Shown one piece after another: positions 40,090 to 48,396 of a stretch of 64,000 nt of DNA (its first letter is position 1; every line of letters begins with the position of its first letter). Below the pieces are notes generated by a model. The model saw nothing but the letters and a program-made list of their open reading frames with translations. It was not told the origin of the DNA and searched no databases. Source of the DNA: Candidatus Babeliales bacterium (GTDB lineage: Bacteria; Babelota; Babeliae; Babelales; JANWKD01); contig CAVXJH010000007.1 in assembly GCA_963762115.1 (NCBI GenBank), forward strand, positions 64,001 through 128,000, written 5' to 3'. The position numbers and the translations under genes were made by a program.

Positions 40090-41421
40090 TTAATCTAATA
40101 ATTGTAAAAGTTGTTTTGAAAGTTGATTACCAATAGCTTGAGCATGGTCATAATCAGCATCCTCAATCATAATACGTAATAAATGTTCAGTTCCAGAATA
40201 GCGTACAACTAGTCTTCCTTCAATAAGTAATTGCTGATTTGCACAAATAATTTGGGCAAGCGGTTCAGAACTAAGATCTTTTTTATGTTCAATAGGTACA
40301 TTTATGATTATTTGAGGAAATTTAACAAAGGTAATCATATCCCAATTATTCAGGAGCATAATCGTTTCTAATAAGCGCAACGCAATAAAAACACCATCGC
40401 CGGTGTTTAAATAATCCCGTGCAATAATATGGCCCGAAGGTTCCCCACCTAATAATACATCATGTTTTACCATCGCCATTGCAACGTATTTATCGCCTAC
40501 TGAAGTTCTAATCAATTTTTTTTGTGATTTATGCAAAAATATCTCAAAGCCGTGATTCGTCATGCTCGTGCCAACGATGGTGGAATTCTGTTCGTATAAT
40601 GGATGCTGCATCAATAATGCTAAAATATCATCACCATTTTTCAATTGACCATAGCGATTAACGGCAACAACTCGATCTGCATCGCCATCAAACGCAAAAC
40701 CTATATCAGCGCCAAGTTCAACAACCGTTTTTTGTAAGATTTCCGGATAAACTGCTCCACAACCTTTATTAATATTAAAGCCGTTTGGTTGATCATATAT
40801 AACAATCACCTCAGCACCAAACAACCTAAATAAATAAGGAGCAACTTTATAGGCTGCGCCATTGGCACAATCCAATACGATTTTTTTTCCTTCCAAAAAT
40901 TGGAGACGAAAAAATTTCGCTATAAAATCAACATAATTTTTTTCAGCTTGATGCCAAACAATATCAAGACCGAGAGAAGTATAATCTGCATTTTCACCCT
41001 GTTCATAAAAGTACCGAGTAATGAGCATCTCATCATCCAATGATATCTTTCCCTGAACACCATCAACTAATTTAATGCCATTATCATAATAAGGGTTATG
41101 GGATGCTGAAATAATAATGCCAGCATTAAAAAATAAATTTTGATTCAATAACTGAACAACAGCAGGTGAAGGAAGAACATCGCCATCATATACCTTGACC
41201 GGATGTAACATGAGTCCACTCTTAAGAGCAGCTTTAACAAAAGAACAAGAGACTCGTGTATCATGCACTAATAAAAAAGACGGATTTCTTCCATATTTTT
41301 TTTGGGCCCATAATGAAATTGCATTTCCTAATCGTTGCAATCCATCAATTGTTAACGGAGGGATGCCCACGCATCCTCGAATGCCATCTGTTCCGAAAAG
41401 ATTCTTCATATCATCTACCAT
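40090..41421 (-). CDS. glmM: Phosphoglucosamine mutase
   Basis: LFGTDGIRG, ISASHNPYYDNGIK, FDGDADR, VGDKYV, GGEPSGH, RYSGTE. Confidence 0.94.
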   Translation of the reverse strand: MVDDMKNLFGTDGIRGCVGIPPLTIDGLQRLGNAISLWAQKKYGRNPSFLLVHDTRVSCSFVKAALKSGLMLHPVKVYDGDVLPSPAVVQLLNQNLFFNAGIIISASHNPYYDNGIKLVDGVQGKISLDDEMLITRYFYEQGENADYTSLGLDIVWHQAEKNYVDFIAKFFRLQFLEGKKIVLDCANGAAYKVAPYLFRLFGAEVIVIYDQPNGFNINKGCGAVYPEILQKTVVELGADIGFAFDGDADRVVAVNRYGQLKNGDDILALLMQHPLYEQNSTIVGTSMTNHGFEIFLHKSQKKLIRTSVGDKYVAMAMVKHDVLLGGEPSGHIIARDYLNTGDGVFIALRLLETIMLLNNWDMITFVKFPQIIINVPIEHKKDLSSEPLAQIICANQQLLIEGRLVVRYSGTEHLLRIMIEDADYDHAQAIGNQLSKQLLQLLD

Positions 41422-41435
41422 TCCTACGTTATTTA

Positions 41436-41816
41436 TTAATCATTTTTCATCACTTTAATTATTACTGGTGATGGAGAATAGTGTAACAGCTTAATTCGTT
41501 CAGGCAAAAATAATGTATCACGAGAAACAGAAATAGGATAATTACCTTGTACAAAGTTTTTACAATCAAGATGAACCGCAAGTTCATGCAAAGACATCAA
41601 CAGCAAATCACTTTTATAACCAAATAGAGCAACTGAAATTGATTCGGGCGCATCTATCTTAATAGCTTCATTGCCATAAAAACAAAGTGGCACACGCAAG
41701 GTAATCGTTTGCAATTGATGATAGCTCATACTATGCCATAACCAATACCCTAAAATAAGCGCATTTATTTTAAGACTGTGTTTGTTCAAAAGAAGATTTC
41801 TGAGCGAAAGATTCAT
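41436..41816 (-). CDS. CdaR/YbbR-like protein (one TM, one YbbR-like domain)
   Basis: N...KINALILGYWLW anchor, VPL, P.SISV.L.G, LP...SPSPV; sits between the cdaA-like gene and glmM. Confidence 0.65.
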   Translation of the reverse strand: MNLSLRNLLLNKHSLKINALILGYWLWHSMSYHQLQTITLRVPLCFYGNEAIKIDAPESISVALFGYKSDLLLMSLHELAVHLDCKNFVQGNYPISVSRDTLFLPERIKLLHYSPSPVIIKVMKND

Positions 41817-42645
41817 TAAAAACTCCCTTTAATGGTGATGAACCATTTTTCTTATGTTCTTTGGGGTATTGAGTAATACTTTTTAAGAGCGCAACTACTG
41901 TCGCAGCAGGCAGGTGCTGCATCATTTTTCCTTGCATAATCAACGTGAATAATCTTTCTTCGGGTTGTATTTGTAGTATAAGAGCATCGGTTTTATGCGT
42001 GATTGCTAAAGAATATTTTTGCCACGACTCAAGCAACTCATCTTCCAAAATCATAGTATTCAGTTCACATCGCCATGATGCATTAATACTTTTTAGATGA
42101 CCAGAACTTTCAATCACTATCATTTTTGATGCATCAAAACGAGGACTATCAATAAAAACTTCTAATAATTCTATTTCCAGTGAAGCATTAACCAAAAAAG
42201 GCACTGCCAAATATGGTTGAATCATATCATACTGCTCAATAACAACCAATAACTGTTTATTGGTGTTAACAGCATGCAAACATCCCCGCATTAAAACTTC
42301 AATCCAATCATTTTTAACCGACTCAATCTTTGTATGCACTCTACTCAATGTTATAAAATTTTTCTGCAAGATCTGTTGATGAAAAAATATAAAAAGCATG
42401 AAGATAAAAGGAGCAGCATACATAAGTAAAAAATTAACAGAAAAAAAACCTAATAATTGTGATGCGCACATTGCTAAGCAATAACCATAAAACGGCAACA
42501 CAAGATTTTTTTGTTTATCACTAGCCAACCATACTGAAAAATAATAAATCACTACAGAATAACAAATAATTTCAATACCATCATACCACCGCAATAACCA
42601 AAAAAATGGTAACAATTTCGATACGTAGTATAAGAAATCCATCAC
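41770..42645 (-). CDS. CdaA-like membrane protein with a degenerate diadenylate-cyclase domain
   Basis: Three N-terminal TMs, IFFHQQI (cf. IFQPEL), LLVVIE, VNASL..ELL..FI..SP, AITHKTDAL; DGA and RHR motifs absent. Confidence 0.65.
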   Translation of the reverse strand: MMDFLYYVSKLLPFFWLLRWYDGIEIICYSVVIYYFSVWLASDKQKNLVLPFYGYCLAMCASQLLGFFSVNFLLMYAAPFIFMLFIFFHQQILQKNFITLSRVHTKIESVKNDWIEVLMRGCLHAVNTNKQLLVVIEQYDMIQPYLAVPFLVNASLEIELLEVFIDSPRFDASKMIVIESSGHLKSINASWRCELNTMILEDELLESWQKYSLAITHKTDALILQIQPEERLFTLIMQGKMMQHLPAATVVALLKSITQYPKEHKKNGSSPLKGVFNESFAQKSSFEQTQS

Positions 42646-42829
42646 TAACTCCTTTTTATGCTTTTGAACTTCTTTTTATCATTACTCTAGAAAAAGTTTT
42701 TACTTTTGAATAGCACCGATCATTTTTTTGATAAAAAATTAGAAAAAGCTTTTTTATCAGTTATTATTATTCATAAGAATTCGATATACAAATTTAATGA
42801 TATTGGTTGATAATTAAAATAATCAAAAT

Positions 42830-42997
42830 GTCATTGCGAGCCAACATTGTTGGCGTGGCAACCCAGATTATAATGTTCTCTATAAAAAAACATTATAAAA
42901 AAGCCACTAAATCGTTGGTTTAATCAACAACTCAATGAAATAATAAATAGAATTCTATTTTACTGGGTTGCCACGGCACAATGTGCCTCGCAATGAC
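42830..42997. repeat. Palindromic REP/RPE-like (MITE-like) element, copy 2
   Basis: GTCATTGCGAG..CGTGGCAACCCAG / CTGGGTTGCCACG..CTCGCAATGAC perfect terminal inverted repeats, each with an internal hairpin. Confidence 0.88.
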
Positions 42998-43093
42998 ATT
43001 TCCGACTACCTTAATTATCGTACAATTAGTTTATCACATGCATCGAATGCATTTATTACTCAGTACATAACCTCTTACCATGGAATAATAACA

Positions 43094-44098
43094 ATGAACA
43101 AAAAACAAATTATTTTAACCGGCGATCGCCCAACAGGCCCATTACATCTTGGTCATTATGTTGGTTCCCTAGCAAATAGAGTTGCCTTGCAAAAAGATCA
43201 TACGCAATTTGTTATGATCGCGGATGCGCAAGCACTCACTGATAATTATGAACATCCTGAAAAAATTCACGATGCCGTATTCCAAGTTGCTCTTGATTAC
43301 CTTGCTGTAGGCATTGATCCTCAACTCAGCACTATTTTTATTCAATCTATGATTCCTGCACTTGCTGAGTTAACTTTATATTATTTAAATCTTGTTACCG
43401 TTAACCGCCTGCGAAGAAATCCAACGGTAAAAACTGAAATTCATCAAAAAGGATTAGAAGAACATCTTCCTGCTGGTTTTTTAATGTATCCCGTCAGTCA
43501 AGCTGCTGATATAACAGCATTCAAAGCTACCTTAGTACCTGTTGGCGAAGATCAAATTCCTATGATTGAACAAACCAACGAAATTGTGCGCACTTTTAAC
43601 CGCATTTATAAAACTGCAGCATTAGTTGAAACGCAAGCATTAGTTCCACAATTTGCCCGATTGCCCGGTATGGATGGAAAAGCAAAAATGAGTAAATCAT
43701 TGGGAAATGCACTCTACCTTTCCGATTCACTTGAATCGGTACAACAAAAAATAAAACAGATGTATACCGATGCAACTCACCTGAAAATCAGCGATCCAGG
43801 AAAAGTAGAAGGTAATGTGGTGTTTTCATACCTTGATGCTCTTGATCCTGATAAAGCTTCCGTTGCCGCGCTCAAAGAACAATATCAACGCGGTGGTCTT
43901 GGTGATATGACTATCAAAAAAAGATTATTTGAAGTGTTAGAATCTTTTCTAAAACCAATACAGGAACGCAGAAAGGCATTAGAACACGATCGCACGTATG
44001 TTATGTCCATTTTGCAAAAAGGAACTGCCCATGCAAATGATATTGCCGAGAAAACATTAGATGAAGTAAAATCTGCCATGCATTTACATTATTTTTAG
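43094..44098 (+). CDS. trpS: Tryptophan--tRNA ligase
   Basis: Start reassigned to [42 protein letters not shown]. Confidence 0.96.
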   Translation: MNKKQIILTGDRPTGPLHLGHYVGSLANRVALQKDHTQFVMIADAQALTDNYEHPEKIHDAVFQVALDYLAVGIDPQLSTIFIQSMIPALAELTLYYLNLVTVNRLRRNPTVKTEIHQKGLEEHLPAGFLMYPVSQAADITAFKATLVPVGEDQIPMIEQTNEIVRTFNRIYKTAALVETQALVPQFARLPGMDGKAKMSKSLGNALYLSDSLESVQQKIKQMYTDATHLKISDPGKVEGNVVFSYLDALDPDKASVAALKEQYQRGGLGDMTIKKRLFEVLESFLKPIQERRKALEHDRTYVMSILQKGTAHANDIAEKTLDEVKSAMHLHYF

Positions 44099-44180
44099 AA
44101 CAATCTTGCGATTCTTCCCTTTTTTATATTTTTTTTGCTAGAGTAGAAAAAATAGTATAAAAAATTAAGGGGAAATAGGT

Positions 44181-44771
44181 ATGACACAGCAAAAAAAAAC
44201 ATCTTCATATACCATTGGCATTGGATTGTTTTTATTTATACTTTTAATTATTACTTGCATTGCTTACTGGCAACAAGTTCGTTTATTTCCCGAGCAAATG
44301 ATGTCAAATGATATCAATCAACTCGCTATGATTTTTAATAAAATTAATGATACCTGTGGCATTCTTGATTTTCAATCTGACCATACTGAAGTTGATTTTT
44401 TAAATGTCATCGCCTTTAAAGGTTCAGAAGTCGGCGCAATGAACTTAAAATTTTCTTCAAAATGGGAAGGCCCCTACGTAAGAGATAATCCTACCATTCA
44501 AGAAAAACACTACCAAATTGTTAAAACTAAAAAGGGCTACTTTATTATTCCTGGCAATGGCGTTGCCTTAAAAAATGGCCTAGTTATAGGAAAAGATATC
44601 ATTATTGATAAAAATACCGATATTACCGAGCTTATACGAAATAAATCATTAGTTGATTCGGCCGGTAAGCCTTTAGCCCTGCCCATACCTACCCTTAATC
44701 TGCCCTCATCCATCCTTCTAGAAGACCTCTTTATGTATGCCTCCCATAAATTACCCTTTTTAAGGGCTTAA
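44181..44771 (+). CDS. Membrane-anchored protein, possibly pseudopilin (GspG)-like
   Basis: Basic N-terminus + hydrophobic helix, DINQL...CG helix, WEGPY motif. Confidence 0.45.
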   Translation: MTQQKKTSSYTIGIGLFLFILLIITCIAYWQQVRLFPEQMMSNDINQLAMIFNKINDTCGILDFQSDHTEVDFLNVIAFKGSEVGAMNLKFSSKWEGPYVRDNPTIQEKHYQIVKTKKGYFIIPGNGVALKNGLVIGKDIIIDKNTDITELIRNKSLVDSAGKPLALPIPTLNLPSSILLEDLFMYASHKLPFLRA

Positions 44772-44965
44772 TAGAGACGTTACAGGTTAAAAGGCCTGTT
44801 TAAACCTATAAAAAACGACCTTTTTAGAGGGTCAATACCTATCAATTTTTAACCTAAAATTAATTTTCTTATTGCAATTATTTTTTATCGATATATACTT
44901 ATTTTATATAAACATAATTCTATTATTGATTTTTTTTATAGCTAAAAAAACAGGAGTTTTAAGCG

Positions 44966-46717
44966 ATGTTAAACAAAAAACTACTTTTATCAATTATTTT
45001 TTCATGCCTCACTTATTCAGGCATGCAGGCTATGGAGGCTTTGTCATTGGAAGAACCTAAAGAAAATGAAGCACACGTTCTTAACGATAATGATATAGTC
45101 ACTATTCAATTAACCTACAATTTTAAACAAGAAAAAGAATATGATAAAACAATGTATCAACCTAAAGATAATGACGATTATAACATCAATTACGAGGTAA
45201 CAGTACCATATAAAATTATTAAAACATGTTCGTTATTACGACGTGATATCTCTCATGAAAATACCATTATCACCATTCCTGCCACCGATATTTCTATAGA
45301 AATGTTTAAATTTATTTTAGATTTGCTCAATATATATTCCGATGATCAATTAACAAATGAGATCAAAATACAAAAAATACACGAATTAATAAAAAACAAT
45401 GAAGAAAAACTTTTTCAATTACTTGATGCAGCTAATTATTTGAATTGTGAACCAATCTATAATGCAGCGAGTCATATTATGACACAAAAACTTGAAAGCT
45501 TAATTTTTGAAAAAAATAATTTGGCAGAAGCTCTTGCATTAGCAAAATACATCAAAAAGAAAACCAATCATTATTACAAAATATTTGAATATTTATGTGA
45601 TACTTCAAAATATAAAACTGAAATCAAAGCAATTGTTAAATCAATACAAGCGTTGGAAGAAACTGAAATTATTAATTCAATATGCTTTTCTCCAGATAAT
45701 AAAACACTTGCTTATACACGTATCCCAAACGATACCGCCATAAAACTCTGGAACATTAGCAATGATGAACACTCATCAATGCCAAAAATAGATAATTTTA
45801 ACATCGGGTCAATCAATTTTTCTCATGATGGCACAAAAATCGCTTCAGGTTCTTGGAATGGCAACATAAAAATATGCGATGTAAATTCAGAAACCTGTTT
45901 AATCGATCTACAAGGACATACAACTTGGGTAACTTCAATATCTTTTTCTCATGATGATACTAAACTTGCATCTGCTTCTCATGATAACACCATAAAAGTA
46001 TGGGATGCTAAAACGGGTGAATGCATATCTACTTTCCAAGAAAATGATCGAGTTCTCTCAGCCTGTTTTTCACCTAATAGCAAAATTCTTGCTTCAGCTT
46101 CCAAAAATTTTATAAAATTATGGGAAGTTTCATCGGGGAAACAGCTACAAATCCTTAATGGTCATAACAATGAAATTAGGAACATTTGTTTTTCCCCAGA
46201 CGGCACAACAATTGCTTCATCTTCTCTAGATGCAACGGTAAAAATATGGGATACATCTTCTGGAAATCTTTTAAAAACTTTAGAGGGCCACAAAAGATCC
46301 ATACCTTCTGTTTGCTTTTCTCCTGATGGCACAATAATTGCTTCCGGTTCTTTCGATAGAACAATAAAAATATGGGATGCGTCTTCTGGAAAATACTTAC
46401 AAACGATCAAAGATACCGGCCAAGTTCGCGCCATGTGCTTTTCTTCTGATGGCAAACTTGCTAAAGGATGTAATGAAAAAAATATACAGATTTTTACTTT
46501 TCATGATCTCAAGAAAGAGTTCAATCTTTCTACTTTACTATTGCTTGAATATTTGATGTATCATAAGGAACATAATTCATTACCAGCATTATCACAACTT
46601 GATCCATCCATGCAAGGATTATTCTTGTTGTTACCAGAAGCATTCCAAAAAATGTTTACCGATATGCCTGCAACTAACGATGTTCCCACAACAAAGTCTA
46701 ACTGCTTAGTTAGTTAA
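44966..46717 (+). CDS. Secreted Skp1/BTB-POZ-like + 7x WD40 protein with a C-terminal CaaX box
   Basis: AGGAG RBS; signal ...GMQA|ME; LFQLLDAANYLN; seven WD40 repeats (e.g. GH..V.S..FS.D...LASAS.D.TIKVWD); ends CLVS. Confidence 0.85.
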   Translation: MLNKKLLLSIIFSCLTYSGMQAMEALSLEEPKENEAHVLNDNDIVTIQLTYNFKQEKEYDKTMYQPKDNDDYNINYEVTVPYKIIKTCSLLRRDISHENTIITIPATDISIEMFKFILDLLNIYSDDQLTNEIKIQKIHELIKNNEEKLFQLLDAANYLNCEPIYNAASHIMTQKLESLIFEKNNLAEALALAKYIKKKTNHYYKIFEYLCDTSKYKTEIKAIVKSIQALEETEIINSICFSPDNKTLAYTRIPNDTAIKLWNISNDEHSSMPKIDNFNIGSINFSHDGTKIASGSWNGNIKICDVNSETCLIDLQGHTTWVTSISFSHDDTKLASASHDNTIKVWDAKTGECISTFQENDRVLSACFSPNSKILASASKNFIKLWEVSSGKQLQILNGHNNEIRNICFSPDGTTIASSSLDATVKIWDTSSGNLLKTLEGHKRSIPSVCFSPDGTIIASGSFDRTIKIWDASSGKYLQTIKDTGQVRAMCFSSDGKLAKGCNEKNIQIFTFHDLKKEFNLSTLLLLEYLMYHKEHNSLPALSQLDPSMQGLFLLLPEAFQKMFTDMPATNDVPTTKSNCLVS

Positions 46718-46743
46718 CAAGCAAAATAAATAATTTTAAACAG

Positions 46744-46777
46744 AAAGAGCCGTGTTATATATAACACGGCTCTTTTT
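46744..46777. terminator. Bidirectional intrinsic terminator
   Basis: AAAGAGCCGTGTTATATATAACACGGCTCTTT palindrome. Confidence 0.85.
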
Positions 46778-46787
46778 ATGCTAATTT

Positions 46788-46880
46788 TTATAAAAAATTG
46801 AGAAAGAAATGTTCGAAATATGGCGAAATGCCATTTTTAATATTCCAATCAATTGTTGTAATTTGATTATGCGCACTTTT
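46788..46880 (-). pseudogene. Displaced or duplicated 3' end of the holA-like gene (30 codons + stop)
   Basis: Translates KSAHNQITTIDWNIKNGISPYFEHFFLNFL*; 48397-48492 translates KNAHDQITTIDWNIKNGISSYFEHFFLNFFK*. Confidence 0.92.
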
Positions 46881-46928
46881 ATTAAACACGCTTTTTTCTT
46901 TTTATAATTTTTATTCTCAATTTTTCAA

Positions 46929-47270
46929 TTAAAAATTTAGTTGTTCTTGTAACTTTAACCAATACTGTTCAAGTTTTTGATACATTACATGCTCTTTGTC
47001 TTTACGATTGCCAAACGATGTGCATTGAGTCGTTTCATTGTTAATAGGATAACTCATCCAACCAGAATACGATACAGATCCCTTTTCTTTATCTACACAT
47101 TTACTAACAACAAGTTCTGCTCTTTTTTCTTCATTTGTTTGAGTAAGAACTTCACGCACACATAATGTATCTTCATCAGTTTCTTTAGTTACCTTACCAC
47201 CACATTCCATGGCTGATGCCGAAAAAAATAAACCTAAACTAATACTCAACATTGCACTATATAGTTTCAT
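46929..47270 (-). CDS. Small secreted protein, paralog family member 1
   Basis: MKLYSAMLSISLGLFFSASA|MECGGKVTK..E.LTQ..YSG..KLE..W..L. Confidence 0.8.
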   Translation of the reverse strand: MKLYSAMLSISLGLFFSASAMECGGKVTKETDEDTLCVREVLTQTNEEKRAELVVSKCVDKEKGSVSYSGWMSYPINNETTQCTSFGNRKDKEHVMYQKLEQYWLKLQEQLNF

Positions 47271-47307
47271 AGTATTCCTTATGTTTGCATTACCATGATA
47301 AAATTTA

Positions 47308-47667
47308 TTATTCTACTTGAGAGTTTAAATCGTCCCAAAGACTCTCAAGCTTTTTATGATTTTCGTCTGTCATTTCATTAAAATCACCTAAACACTTTTG
47401 CTTCATGATTGGCTCACCTTCACTCTCATCTTTTTCAATTTTATCATAAACCTCTACGCCAGAATATGCTGCAAATTTCGTCTCTTGATTAATTCTCTTA
47501 GTCACACAAAGATATGTCCCATCTTCAGTATTTTCTTGCGTAAGAATTTCATATACGTATGATGTATCTTCATCAATTGATTTAGTTACTTTACCACCAC
47601 GATGCATAGCTGATGCCGAAAAAAATAAACCTAAACTAATACCCAACATTGCACTATATAGTTTCAT
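47308..47667 (-). CDS. Small secreted protein, paralog family member 2
   Basis: Near-identical signal peptide; GGKVTK, EILTQ, YSG, LGDF, KLESLW. Confidence 0.8.
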   Translation of the reverse strand: MKLYSAMLGISLGLFFSASAMHRGGKVTKSIDEDTSYVYEILTQENTEDGTYLCVTKRINQETKFAAYSGVEVYDKIEKDESEGEPIMKQKCLGDFNEMTDENHKKLESLWDDLNSQVE

Positions 47668-47680
47668 AGTATTTCCTTTG

Positions 47681-47797
47681 TTAAATTAGGACTTGAATGC
47701 ATGCGTTTAATTCTAATCAAAGAACTTCCAAATTTATAGCATGTTCACCTGGATCTTTTTTTTTAATCATTTCACCACCAAAACAACGTTTTATTTT
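47681..47797 (-). pseudogene. C-terminal remnant of a fourth paralog
   Basis: KIKRCFGGEMIKKKDPGEHAINLEVL*LELNACIQVLI* resembles the family C-terminus (C/W-L-G...LE.LW.ELN) with TGA at the Trp position. Confidence 0.6.
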
Positions 47798-47833
47798 AGC
47801 AGAATAAAAAAAAATAACTTTAATATGAACGCT

Positions 47834-47880
47834 AAAAAGAAAAGAGGCGTGCTCTTATAAAGCACGCCTCTTTTCTTTTT
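47834..47880. terminator. Intrinsic terminator
   Basis: AAAAAGAAAAGAGGCGTGCT-loop-AGCACGCCTCTTTTCTTTTT. Confidence 0.85.
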
Positions 47881-47906
47881 ATAATTTTTATTCTCAAACT
47901 TTTAAA

Positions 47907-48275
47907 TTAAGATTTTATTTGAGAATTTAATTCTGACCAAAGAGTTTCAAGTCTTTTATAACCATCACTTGTTTTATCATCAAAATCGCCTAACCATGTT
48001 TGATTAATTCCAGACAAAATATCATATGTTGAAGTTTTTTCATCATAAAACAAATCGCCAATTATACCGGAATATGATAATGCTTTTGTTTCTTTATTTT
48101 CTCGTTTACTAATAAAAAGATACTTTTGTTCTTGGTCATTTTTTTGAGTTAAAGTTTCACGTATAAATTTCTTTTCATCTTGTATCTTCTTAGTTACTTC
48201 ACCACCGCACGTCATGGCAGATGCCGAAAAAAATGAACCTAAACTAATACCCAAAATTGCAATATATAACTTCAT
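47907..48275 (-). CDS. Small secreted protein, paralog family member 3
   Basis: MKLYIAILGISLGSFFSASA|MTCGGEVTK, ETLTQ, YSG, LGDF, RLETLW. Confidence 0.8.
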   Translation of the reverse strand: MKLYIAILGISLGSFFSASAMTCGGEVTKKIQDEKKFIRETLTQKNDQEQKYLFISKRENKETKALSYSGIIGDLFYDEKTSTYDILSGINQTWLGDFDDKTSDGYKRLETLWSELNSQIKS

Positions 48276-48396
48276 AGTATTCCTTTTAATTATAAAGATT
48301 ATTCTTTAGTCAATGTTCATTGAACATCACATGGGAAAAATATCACTAAAATCTAAAAACTTCAAGAAACGATTAATTAAAGATGCACATTACAAT

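Noticed and set aside
42968..43093. N-terminal extension of TrpS, or a T-box/attenuator upstream of trpS
   Set aside because: The extension starts inside the palindromic repeat and TrpS homology begins at MNKKQ (43094). I saw no T-box motif or Trp-rich leader peptide, and the same repeat occurs next to recR.
46150..46400. Tandem DNA repeat of ~126 bp
   Set aside because: Explained by two adjacent, similar WD40 repeats in the coding sequence.
47717..47719. TGA at a Trp-equivalent position as evidence for a reassigned genetic code
   Set aside because: TGA terminates many intact genes here (e.g. rplX, rpsC, ffh, secE) and conserved Trp residues use TGG. This case lies in a decayed fragment.
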